DNA of 58,174 bases, filler included, from Sphacelaria rigidula (GCA_964200075.2; 9 parts of 9 records of this genome joined end to end with filler, not necessarily neighbours in it), one strand, 5' to 3'. Counted from the whole stretch's first letter, positions 1-11,278 are shown. The notes: generated from the sequence alone by a model not told the origin. Translations and numbers: made by a program.

Positions 1-84
1 AAGTGTTTCGCGTCTTCTCTGCAAACGAGAAATGTCATTTTAACCCCATATTTTGTATGAACCTCATTTTCTAGGATCCACTGT

Positions 85-490
85 CACTTCGTGATTTTTC
101 ACGCCGGGGATGGTAACATATGTGATCCCCTGGGGTTTTTTTTTTACATGATTGCGATCATATGTGGAAAACCTGTTTTTTTTTTCCTCGCACTTTGAAT
201 CCCTTCCCTTCCTTGGGATGAGTCCGTGGTCTCAAGGGATCAACCCATCTCTCCCCCGGTACGTGCCTTTCATTTTAGTCTCGCGGATTGGGTCAGCACT
301 CCCGCACCGCGTCACCTCACGTCACACAACCCGAGTCAAGTACTTTGTTTACTCACGTTTTTCTCACGCTTTCCACGGTGGTGGTGGGAATCATACATTA
401 AGAAGAAAAATCCCAACGCATCGGGAATCGAACCCCCGTTCTCTCCGCCCTATTGGCGACAGTCGGACCGTTACACCACCGGGGCGCGGC
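85..490 (-). mobile_element. tRNA-derived SINE, family A, copy 1
   Basis: Minus-strand head GCCGCGCCCCGGTGGTGTAACGG (A box) ... GGTTCGATTCC (B box), then a ~330-bp body repeated at 520-922, 15937-16160 and more divergently 20658-21045. Confidence 0.8.
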
Positions 491-519
491 GGCGCTGTTA
501 CATAACTACATGATAAGCC

Positions 520-922
520 CACTTGGTGATTTTTTCACGCCGGGGATGGTGACATATGTGATCCCCTGGGGGGGGGTTTTTACATGATTGCGATCATATG
601 TGGAAAACCTGTTTTTTTGTTGATCCTCACACTTTGAATCCCTTCCCTTCCTCGGGATGAGTCCGTGGTCTAAGAGATCAACCCATCCATCTCTCCCCCG
701 GTACATGCCTTTCATTTTGGTCCCGCGGATTGGGTCAGCACTCGCGCACCGCGTCAACTCACGTCACACAAACCCAGTCAACTACTTTGTTTACTCACGT
801 TCTCACGCTTTCCACGGTGGAAATCATACATTGCGAAGAAAAAACCCAACGCATCAGGAATCGAACCCCGTTCTCTCCACCCTAATGGCGATGGTCAGAC
901 CCTTTTACCACCGGCGTGCGGC
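520..922 (-). mobile_element. tRNA-derived SINE, family A, copy 2 (tandem with copy 1)
   Basis: Highly similar direct repeat of 85-490; B box GGTTCGATTCC on the minus strand. Confidence 0.8.
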
Positions 923-2354
923 GGAGCTGTTGGAGGTACGTATGTCGAAAACAACTGTATTGGGTACATTATCGCAATATTTCACCACGAGCTTATCCAA
1001 TGAGATTTTCCAAACGGGCTCATCTTGTGGGACAGAGGGAGTGGCGAACAATGAATCAAACAGTTTTAGGCATCACCAACGGGACGTAGTGCGCCCGTTT
1101 CAACCTGGTGTGAGTTCCCGTAGTGCACCGTGTGGTGAACTACGCCGTACATGTATTCAATGTGCAGCAATCACAGTTGGTGGTTTCTCTACTCTGCCTA
1201 GCCCCAACATGTTACATGCAATGCATTGTCGTGTTGGATACAACTTGTCTTCAAAGTTCCCGCGATTACACGCTAAATCTCTTCGCTGCACGACGTTCTT
1301 GCCTCATCAACAACCTGCTGGGTCACGACCGCAGCGGCTTCGGAGATGCGAGTGTCATACCTTGCATCAAGGTGAAGATGGGGATACTGGATACTGGTGT
1401 TGCGTACTGTACTGTACACTATAGTCTACTTTACTGCCGCTGTGTACATCACGATAGACGTTAATGGCTCGCAATGGAAGTAATCCTGGTCTTTCAGGCA
1501 TCGGTTGCTCTCGACACGGCGCCTCTTGTGTGTGCCAAGAAGAACCAGTGTTGGTGGCACTGAACAGTTGCAGCGTTTTGCTAGGGTGACGGGTATAACA
1601 CCCCTGTCCGATATTTTTGTCATGCCTCCGCAATTCACCCCTCTTCAATAATATTGTCGGGACATATCATTGATTCGGTGTCTTCGTGTACAATATCGAT
1701 GAATTGGTCTCTGATCAGTGCAAAGTACTGTTGCCTTCCCGGGCATATCAAGCAGTATTGTCGCCCGGGGGTGTTATACCCCGTGTAGTGTCGTTTTGTT
1801 GCACAATCCAGCACACCCACCCTGCCGTACCGCACGAGTGCACAAAGCATTTCCTGTGCTGTTATGCTCGACACGTGTCTCGTAAGCACTTGATTTGTCT
1901 TCGCATCGTTACCCCCAACAAAAGGGGGTAGTTGCTCTACAAAACGACCCTTTTTCCGCGCTGGGCCCAGAAAAAAGTGCATCTCAGACACATGGCCCAG
2001 AATATCGTACACCACGATGCAGCACAAGAGCGGCTAAATTGAGTCCAAAATCGTTGTATCTTTGGTTCCGTCTGTGACTCACGGAGACACATGCGTGTAC
2101 GTCTTAGGTAGGAAAATCAACGACGTCGCCACCAACACACGGATAGATTTTCGACGGCATCTCTCCGGGTTGGCAGGAGAAGCAGAGGAGAGCAGCGTAT
2201 CTCGCAGCGGAAGGACTTATCTAGAGCATTGGGCGGGTATACGCGGCGGAAGGGGTGGGTCACGATCGGATTCCTCCGGATCAGGTGCGCTGGGTCATCA
2301 CGCTGAATAAGACCCTCTCAGCCCCTTGCGCGCGTGCTTTCCGTTTTCCTTCAA

Positions 2355-2716
2355 TGTGTGTGTGTGTTGCCATCCCATCTATCCTGGACGCCAGGTGAAG
2401 CCTTTCAGTATCTGTGGGCGCATAAGCCGAAGTCACACAGGAAGAAGACGAACCCAGGAGTTTTTTCATGTACTTCTCGTTTTAGTACAGTACTGCACCT
2501 TCCTTCTGCGGTGCTTACCTTATTTTTCATCGCGAGAGGGGATCAGCAGTCCCTTTCCCTTGTCGACCGTGAAGTCGAAAGTCTGTGTGCCCACGACATA
2601 TTCGCTCCCCACTGTTGGGCATAGTGTAAGGGGAAAAGCCCAGATGGTGTGACTTCACCGAGATTCGAACCCACGACCGCCAAAAGATTTCAAGGATATC
2701 AGCTGAGCCACCGGAG
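2355..2716 (-). mobile_element. tRNA-derived SINE, family B
   Basis: Minus strand CCGGTGGCTCAGCTG (A box), GGTTCGAATCTC (B box) and (CA)n tail; homologous to 14477-14850, 25169-25710, 48384-48690 and 6170-6300. Confidence 0.8.
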
Positions 2717-5150
2717 CTTCAATGCACCGTGTTATGCATGTTTCGTTGGTCCAGTATCGTGCAACGCTGTTTTGCGCGCGCACAGTGGGTTTGAGAATAC
2801 CGTTAATCGGGGAGGGGGCATACGCGTTTTTGTTTTTCTATTGGTTAATTGTCGCATATTAACTGGTCTCCCAGGGATACAGCTGTAGTCACAAGATAGA
2901 CATACATTACCCGAAATGAACAAAACGGAAACAGTCCCTGAAGAACAGCGAAGAAAACAGGACGGTGCAACAGACAGAGTAAGCTGAAAAAAAGGGGGAG
3001 AAAGAAAAATGGAAATGGCCGGCCTCTGCAACATGGCTTCAAGTGGAAAAGGTCTCGCACAAAAAGCGCACGCACTCAGACCCAGACGAAATCAAAGAAA
3101 GCTGTGGAAACAGATTGCGGCTCAGCTATTTCGACCACGCCATTTTGGGTACGAGCTTTCACCCACAAAATCTACAGAAGAGAGGTACAAAGCTGCGGCT
3201 TGCATACACCGGGAGGGGAGAAACATATCGAGAGGAAGTGAAAACAGAAGAATTTGCGGAAGTGACGGAACCCAAGGGCAGAATACAGTAGAGCAGCTAC
3301 AAACAGACAATCAGGGGACACCGCAAGACCACCGACCAAGGGCAAAAGGACAACATCAACAACTGATAAGACAAGATAGGGGTACTATACCTCATTATTT
3401 TCTCGCTTATCGCTGAGAATCCGTCGCAATCCCATAATCCATACGCCCATCATATGAGCACGGCTGGATCCCTGGGGGAACAGCGAAAGTACGACAATCA
3501 TCACTCTTACAGGTTGAAGAAAAATGTTTTGACCGATGAACGGGAATATATGCGGCACCATGGCGGTTTTGTTTCCACCAAGTAGTGGTAGTGCGGCTAT
3601 GAGCATTGAGAAACCAGGGCGCACCCAGCACTCAGCACTACTACAGCAATGCCATGCGAGTATATATTGCTCTCGATGCATCATCACGCGCACCGAAATG
3701 AAATTAGCTCTTGGTTGGCTTGAGTGCAGTCAGAGTCAAGTACTTTTGGGGGGGTTGGGTTCAGGGACGACTGAATGAAAACCGAGGTGTTCAGCAGCCG
3801 TGACACAGTAATAACAATCCAATCGGTATACAAATACGCTCTCTTCCATTGTAGATTCCGCACGCCTTGATGTTGCTCGTCTTCTCCTGAATTGAGTCCC
3901 GTGAACCAAAGCGTATTTTGTATAGCTGAGAAAAGCGGTATCGGCAAATCGAGTGCTCTTAGGCTTGGGCACTCCACATGTGCTGGCAAGCGTGGCTCTA
4001 CAGAGAGAATTTTCACATTTGCGCGAGGCCGTAGCGCTTGAAAATTAATCCTTCTGCTGCATGAGCTAGGTAGGTCCGTCCTGTAGTAGAACGTGGTCGG
4101 CCAAGCCGCCGTTCGTTTCTTCGCTCATTTTTCTGTTTGGACCCGCACCTGCCCGATTTGAAAAAACGAAAACGAGTTGACTCGACTCAGAAATCATTTC
4201 CCCAGAAATTTGTTCAAGGCAGGACCTCTTACAACTAGTAGTATTTTATTTTCCCCAAAAATCTGGTTCCCGTGGTCCGTCTTTCGAAGGGTAGTGGTGT
4301 GAGTGTTGAAGTAAAACCTTCGCCGAACGTTGGCGGTCAGCAGCAGTGCTGGTTCAAGGCTTGATGGTACATATTGAGACAGGTACCAGGGGGAAATATA
4401 TCGGTTCATCAAAATCTAGACCCGTCCAGGGGAGAAGGGGCGCTCAAAAGTTTCAACAAGGATGGCAACTGTGTAACTTATATAACACCCTTCCACGCGC
4501 GCGCGATTGGTTCGAGAACGACGTTGGGGACATGTGGGACCATGATATGAGCTGGTTGGTATTGTAGAAGCAGCCGGTTGAGCGTCGCACCTCGTCTGAG
4601 GGGTATGCATTCATGCTTTGATGTTGCTGCCCGCCGCGCTCTCAGTCACGGGATAGGGGGGAAGTAAGAGACTCGTGAAGCGAACCGTGGCCCCATTTAC
4701 CGTATGTCGCGTGGAAAGGGGACAGGGGGGACGTTGATATAATCTGGAACAGTACAGTGCTGTGCCTTCCTTACGGCGGCTTTTTTTTTCAAGGCGGGGA
4801 GGGGGGAAGGGCATTACACGACCCTAGAAATCGGCTTGCACTATTGCTCCTCCGGTCGCTAGGTACAGCCCAATTCACCTCAAGAATGAGTCCCACTAGG
4901 AGGCGATCAATTATTCTTGCGCTATATCGCATGATCTAAGTAGGGTCCGCACTGTGGGTATGTATATATGTAGACATATACACTTACATGGCAAGTGTGA
5001 CTGTCCTCGTGTTTCTAGTTCAAGATATGCTTAAACGTTCCCTGGAGAAGAACATCAAGAGCACCTCAGCGACGCAAGCGTCGTGCGGCATGCTGCCGAT
5101 ACATGACTCCGCCCCCCCCCCCCCCCCCCCCGTTCCCCTGCTCCTGTCAG

Positions 5151-5503
5151 ACCCACCCAGAGGCGCAACACCGCGCGAACGGGGACAAGAACAACACCGA
5201 CAACAACAGCAGCCGATCACAACATTTTTCGGTCGCACATATCTAGTTCCCACGATAAGGATGCCTCCTTTTCCTCCGCAGCCGTCTGCAGCGCGACACG
5301 GAGGAAGCGCAGGCACAAAAGCTGATAGGGCAGGCAGGAAAGCGGCGGGCGCGGAGGAGGGGGGGCTGGAGGACGAGGATGAACGGGTTTTCGAGTGGAT
5401 GAGCGGCATGTTGCTGCAGGGAAACGGGGGGGTCGCGGGAACGTCCGGTATTTTGCCTGCAGCCGGCTCTCCCGTTGTGCTGGATCTTGGGGCTGTTTCG
5501 CAG
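5151..5503 (+). CDS. minC: Internal exon, probable septum site-determining protein MinC N-terminal domain
   Basis: Poly-C tract + CTGTCAG acceptor, CAG|GTGTGT donor; open frame encodes FFGRTYLVPTIRMP...RVFEWMSGMLLQ...AGSPVVLDLGAVSQ, resembling alphaproteobacterial MinC (GRSY..., W-L, GRPVVLDLSAV). Confidence 0.5.
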
Positions 5504-5632
5504 GTGTGTGTTGACCTCATATTCAGATTGATTGACTGCACGGGAAATTGTTCTCGATAGCTTTTGGAATCTAACTGCTGGAGCTTAAGAATAGGACCCC
5601 CCGCCCTACTCCTACCCCTCCTGCGTTGTACA

Positions 5633-5710
5633 AGTAGGAATGATGATCCGTCTCGAAAGGGATGCGTGGTCAAATGATCAAACGACTGAGGCAAGCAACA
5701 AAGGAGTGTC
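5633..5710 (+). mobile_element. 3' fragment of the APE-RT LINE family seen at 54592-57203
   Basis: Shares TCTCGAAAGGGATGCGTGGT...CAAACGACT..GGCAAGCAACAAA with 57150-57200. Confidence 0.75.
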
Positions 5711-6169
5711 AACCCCCTGCGCGCGCAGCCGAGGCAGTGTTGTTCGTAACACGTTTAACCCATCCCCTTCCTCTGAAGGAGTCCTTGATTTCAAGGGATG
5801 AAACAACCCTTCTCTCCTCCAGTACGACACACGACTTGCATTCTGGTACACTTCAAAATCGTGGATTGGATCATGACTATCAAGCTATCAGCACTCCGGC
5901 GTGGCGTCGACTCTCCTGAAAACGAACTATTTTTTTTACGGTCACTTTCTCGGGTCTTCGTCGATGGAAAGTAGATACTTGAATGAAGGGAAAAACCCAG
6001 GTGCCTCTGTGCCGGAAATCGAAACCCGCGTCCGTCCGACCTATCTCGTCCTGCGGCAAGGTTTATTGGCACATTCACCCGCGTAAAGTGTTTTTTACGT
6101 CTGATCGTACGCCTCTTGCGACCTTACCATTCATTATCAACGGTCCGCAGCCCAAACGCCAGGCAGGTA

Positions 6170-6300
6170 TGTGTGTGTGTGTGCTGTCGTCCGATCTATT
6201 CCGGACGCCGGTCTACACCTTTCGGTATATGTGGGCGCACCAGCCGGGGTTACACAGAAGGAAGGTCAACACGGGATTTTATTCTATTTTATTTGTTCTT
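6170..6300 (-). mobile_element. SINE family B 3' fragment
   Basis: (GT)n followed by GGACGCCGGTCTA..CTTTCGGTATATGTGGGCGCA..GGAAGGTCAACAC as in the other copies. Confidence 0.7.
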
Positions 6301-6303
6301 AGC

Positions 6304-6335
<32 letters not shown>

Positions 6336-6376
6336 ACCCCCCCCACCGGCGGCTTCGCTGGCAGGGGTAAATGGCA

Positions 6377-6476
6377 NNNNNNNNNNNNNNNNNNNNNNNN
6401 NNNNNNNNNNNNNNNNNNNNTTAATTAATTAANNNNNNNNNNNNNNNNNNNNNNNNNNNNNNNNNNNNNNNNNNNN
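6377..6476. other. Artificial contig spacer N44-TTAATTAATTAA-N44
   Basis: Exactly 100 bp with stops in all six frames; recurs every ~6475 bp. Confidence 0.99.
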
Positions 6477-6564
6477 GTTTGGGGGGAGTTGTATGGGCGT
6501 GTCGTTCTGTGTGTTGGGTTTCTTGTTCGCTTGCATGGGGGGTGGGGGGGGGGGGGGGGGGGGG

Positions 6565-6855
6565 GGCATACTCATTTGCTGCCTGCCTTACCAATTTGAC
6601 CATTGACCACACATCCCCTTTCGAGATGGACATCGCTTCTACTCCTAAATAGAGACACCTCCAACATTTGAGCGCTCACCACGCTTTCCCATACTCTTAT
6701 GAGAATATTTTACATATATTTCGCCCTTGCTGTCTCGCCATGCGTGGGCATCATTTATCTCCCAGTGCAGCGATCATCTTCTCGCTACTTTCTAAAGCAC
6801 CTTACTTTCCCTTGTCACATTAGTTTATTTTCCCTCGTCTCCTCCTCCAACACTG
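6565..6855 (-). mobile_element. 5'-truncated copy of the APE-RT LINE family
   Basis: Reverse complement matches the 3' ~300 bp of the LINE in the last contig (AAATGTTGGAGG..AGGAGTA..TCTCGAAAGGG..GTGGTCAATGGTCAAA); G runs on both sides. Confidence 0.75.
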
Positions 6856-7094
6856 CTAATGAGGGGGGGGGGGGGATTCCGCACACATCAGATCCAAAAA
6901 TCAAGACATCACCCAAGCACACTCCGCACGCGCCGCCTACACCATGGACACCCCAATCCGGGGTAGATATGGGGTAGATAGATCCTTGAGACTAGCGACT
7001 CGTCCCAAGGAAAGAAAAGGGCCCGAGAAGATGATATACGGGTGTGTACTCATGATCTTGCCTGCCGAAGTCATATAAAGACCATTGACCTCGT

Positions 7095-7353
7095 ATCCCT
7101 AGAAAGCCGGGACGGAGCACGCCGGGTTTTCGCCGGACCAAGCTCGCAATCGATTACCGAGCGCGAAGCGCCGTGGTGTCTTCGGCGAGTCGGATGAAGG
7201 GTGAGCTGCATCCTGCTAAGATTGTTCGGCCCCAAGCGTACTGATTTATCTTGCGTTTGGATGACAGCCTCCAATGAGTTACTTCATTTTCTGGTATCGC
7301 CACTTCCAGAGACACCCACGGCTTTTACACTACCTCATGGGTGTTTCACCATT
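7095..7353 (+). repeat. Dispersed repeat family C (probable non-LTR retroelement 3' end)
   Basis: Homologous to 26285-26540 (-), 25727-25801 (-) and 25902-25960 (+); all end at CTCATGGGTGTYTCACCAT. Confidence 0.7.
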
Positions 7354-7894
7354 CAAACACTACTTAGTACGCGATCATCCCCTTCGCGCGGAGTTGAGGT
7401 TTTTCTCCCACCCCGCGCAACATTATCTAGGTCGACCACCATCATGGTTGCCGCAAAAAAACGCAAGCGCTCGAAAAATCGCGGTCATTTGGCTACCTGG
7501 CTTACGTAGTGAGTGATGTGTTTTATAGCGTCATCGCCAACCGACGGCAACCCCACAGGGGATCCGTCTATACCAAGCCAGGACAGACCACGCCGGTTTT
7601 GTGCCGGACCAGGCTAAAATGATGGAGGGGCAGAAACGACAAAAAATATCGGCAGCACCGACACTACAGTCAACACTTGGTCCGTGCAGACAAGACAGTG
7701 TAGCAGGGAGCAACAAGGGTGTGTGGAGCTCCTCGCGGCGAACACGAACAACAATAGTTCCCGGTCATCATGCGCCAATTGTTTCATGTGTCCTATTGTT
7801 GTGTGTGTGTGTGTGCGCGCGCGCGGTGCTGCCCTGTCTTTTCAAAAACATTGCTAAGTTGTGTTCTGTACGGTATACCGGCGGAAATTGCAAA

Positions 7895-8018
7895 CCCTTT
7901 GGGAACCCATTGGCGTATTTTTTTTTTGTGAATCGGCATCATTTTTTTAGTCATTTTCAAGTCAAGATGATGCCAATTCACAAAAACAAAAAGCGTCAAT
8001 GGGTTCGTTCCCAAAGGG
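7895..8018. mobile_element. Palindromic MITE with CCCTTT...AAAGGG ends (piggyBac-like)
   Basis: CCCTTTGGGAACCCATTG..TTTTGTGAATCGGCATCAT pairs with ATGATGCCAATTCACAAAA..CAATGGGTTC..CCCAAAGGG; flanks CAAA/TCAA only resemble TTAA. Confidence 0.55.
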
Positions 8019-9395
8019 TCAATACGAGCTGGGCTGGGCCAGCTGACAGTGACTTTTGAACGAAGAGTGGAGATGCCATTGGTAATTCGAAGAGTTGGGC
8101 GCTGAAATTTTGACACGATACTCTTGTCATCGACCCGCGCAATCCTATCGGAGGCGCAGAGGAAAAACAAAATAAGGCAGGAAGTTAGCGCGAGTTAAAG
8201 TTTCAGCAAATATAGAAAAATGCTACAACTTCCTAAAAAATTGATGAAAACGACGACAACGCTCCAACACATACGGGCGCTCGCGTCAACGAAATTCTGG
8301 TGAAATTTCGCTCAAACATACCTCAAATTGGGCGCAGCATCGCACTTTTCGTGTGACACGGCCGCGCCCCTTTAATTCAAGTGATACAGAAGACCTGCAA
8401 TTATGGAGGTCATGACTTCGAATCCCGACAAATTCTTTCTCTTGTTTCGCCTGTCGTTAAGGTCATATGCTATGCAGTACATATTTTAAAAATATTGTTC
8501 TTCATTCAGCGGCGATGCCGTGTGTTACCAGGTTGGTCTGTACTTCACAGCGATATGCTCAAGTCGTGTTGATTTGGAAAACTTGAGAAGTTGTGGTGTG
8601 GAAAGCGAGTGCGGGATTTCCTGCTGGCCCAGCTCGTAGGGTATTTTTTTAAATATAAAAAAAAGGCATTTCATCGGTGAATACCACACCCTGGACAAAA
8701 TATTATCTTGCAAAAAAAATGTACTACGTACAGTATGGAATTTATTGTCTGTTGCAATAGGCGCAATAGTCAATACTGTACGTAGTACATTCTTCTACTG
8801 TGTATTCTATTGTCACCATCCAGGGCATGGTGAATACCCTTCCGAACGATACCGGAATATTCTGTACACATTTGACAATGTTTTCGTGAGATTGACAGTA
8901 GAGCGCGGATTGAGAGTGGCTTCGATCGTTCGCTTTAACTTGACCTTTTTTTCATTTCGTGCGTGCTTTTCTTTGCCTGTATCACTGCCGTGCGCTTACA
9001 GCTACTCGTCGATATCCTACTCAGGGATAGCAAGGGCCTCAGTGGCTGGCGAGCTACTACACAAAGAATATCGGACCTCGTGGAGGGGCATTTCGGAACT
9101 GAAACGGTTCACATTAATTGATCGCTTGTCACTCTCAATCGTATCCTCTACTCTCAATCTCACGAAAACATTGTTATTTCGGTACTACATGGTGTTAGTA
9201 TACGAACCAAAAACTCCCCCACTTCCGGGTATACCCCCTACCTTCGCGTACAGAGCACAAGCTTGTTTGAATTAATCTTCCTGTACGTGACTGCGTGCGA
9301 CAAAACACTCCGCAACATAACGTTTTGCAACCGCAAAATCAGTACGCACGTAGAATAGTTGACGAGACTTGGGTCGTCGTATCGTCACAGTTGTT

Positions 9396-9654
9396 CTCAC
9401 GTCGGACAGATCATGATCCGTCCGAAAATTACTTATTCTCAGCATACTGATCCGGATCATGATCCGGATCATTTGGCCCCCCTTACATGTGTTTGCTCCT
9501 TACAGCGCCGGACGCTGAGCACGCCGAGTAGCGCAAGGGTTACTCTTTGGCTTTTCTGACTCCACGGTCACATATTTTGTGTTTTTGGACCCACGGATTC
9601 GAGAGTTTCTCCTGGTAAGTCATTTCAGACAGATCATAATGTGTCCGACCTGTG
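9396..9654. mobile_element. hAT-like MITE
   Basis: ~40-bp imperfect TIRs (CTCACGTCGGACAGATCATGATC / GATCATAATGTGTCCGACCTGTG); 8-bp TSD CAGTTGTT / CAGTTGTA. Confidence 0.75.
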
Positions 9655-10452
9655 CAGTTGTATGAACACACGAGTTTGACACTTTGCTACTGTAGTGAAA
9701 GCGTCGGTGACGTACGTGACCCCCATAGAATGCGTGTATATGTATATATATATATACATATATATGCCAGATGGTTTCGTATGGGAGCGGATGTTGATGC
9801 TACGTGTGACCGAATGCGTGCGACCTTTTGCTGCTAAAATTTTCTCCAACATTAGGACAGTACGACACAACTAAAAACTCAACAATATATAATTTTAGAA
9901 GTCATACCACACAGTGACATTACACAGAAGTTCGACGCGACTTCAACACAGCCTACACCTCTCTGAGAGAATTTACCCAAGTGAAAATCAGGGCCTGGAC
10001 TCTTACCCACAACGACACCTGTACCCTTAAAACGAGGGGGGAGAGGTGGTACATTTTTCAGTTCCGGCATCGTACCCCCCCGCGGCATTCTAAAACATTG
10101 AACAGGTTCAAACTATAACCAAGTAAAAATCTAAATTACACCAAAACTATCCCCAGATCAAGGCTTTCATTTCACGCGGCTGGTGGGCACAAAAGTAGAT
10201 ATATGTTGGGCATGCTCCGCTCGATAGTTTTGTTATTATAGTCCGAATTCCCGCTGTTGTACTGTGATCGGGTGCGGAATTTTCGCATTGCCGTCACCGC
10301 CGGGGATGACTCGCTGGGTGTCATCCCCAGCGACAGCCGGACAAAAGGAACGTTTGAGGCACTGCAAACACTGCACACGCTCCGTACACTACGCGCAAAC
10401 CATCGTGGAATCTTCCCCATCGTTGTTCCTCGAATAACGGCAGGGCACTTAC

Positions 10453-10495
10453 CTCAAGGCTTTCGTACAGTACTCGTACTAGTGAGCGAAATGTA
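10453..10495 (-). CDS. Possible 43-bp next exon of the CLC gene (STFRSLVRVLYESLE)
   Basis: CCCCCCAG acceptor and GAG|GTAAGT donor; phase fits the phase-2 end of exon 11112-11278. Confidence 0.4.
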
Positions 10496-11111
10496 CTGGG
10501 GGGGCACGGGTTCAGTCGGTGCTTCCGCGGAAGGCGAAAAATGAAAATAGAGAAGGAAACGGGAGCTCGAACCTCCAACTTACGCTGTTGTACTTTTGTA
10601 GGGTCCAATCAAGTGCAACATGAATAAAAATCCGCATTTGAGTAAATTCCGCGATAGTCCCCCCTCCCTACAGGTCAGTGGTCTGATGACTATGGCATGC
10701 ATGATCATGGGTACACCCCCCTCCCTACACCCCCCTGTTATACGGGCCAAAAAAACTGTCGCAAATAAACAGCCATACAGCGCATCGACATGATGGACTG
10801 TTTCCAGGAACCAGGTCTAAACACCTCACATCTAGATTTTTCCTCGGTCCCCATTACACTGTTCTACGGGATTGCTATTATACCGCGGGTTGCTACCGCG
10901 GCACCACGTAATTTTGTTTTTCCGCTGCTGCCAACGATGACGACAGCGCTCATTTACAGCACCCATGTAGGCAGAAACGCAAAGGCGTGCAAAACGCTGA
11001 GACATGCCCAGAAACGAGCTCTGTCCCGCCTGTTCCGGCGAAGGGGTTGGGGGGTTGAGGGGTCGGGAAGGCTCCACGCACTCCACGGCTACCGTGCTAT
11101 GTCTCTCTCAC

Positions 11112-11278
11112 CTCATGCACTCGTCCATGGGCGTGACCTCGCGCGAACCCATGAACCTCCTTAGACTGTCGCGTGTGACCACGCCCACCAGGCGGCCAGC
11201 GTTGCAAACGTAGGCGTTGTCCAGCCTTAGCAGTCGGAAGGCCATGTCAACCTTTGACAGTTCGGTGGTGTGGGTCAC
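11112..11278 (-). CDS. Exon encoding the C-terminal CBS domain of a CLC chloride channel/transporter
   Basis: VTHTTELSKVDMAFRLLRLDNAYVCNAGRLVGVVTRDSLRRF resembles CLC CBS2 (L.KV..LF..L.L..AYV...GRLVGVV); pyrimidine tract + AAAG acceptor, AG|GTGAGA donor. Confidence 0.75.

Noticed and set aside
152..1424. ORFs of 117 and 255 aa
   Set aside because: They are antisense read-throughs of SINE A copies and adjacent degenerate sequence.
4542..4701. Mitochondrial presequence exon for the MinC-like gene (…RSSRLSVAPRLRGMHSCFDVAARRALS…)
   Set aside because: Composition is suggestive, but a TGA follows the upstream ATG and the nearest donor (4663) is in the wrong phase for exon 5151; unsupported without transcripts.
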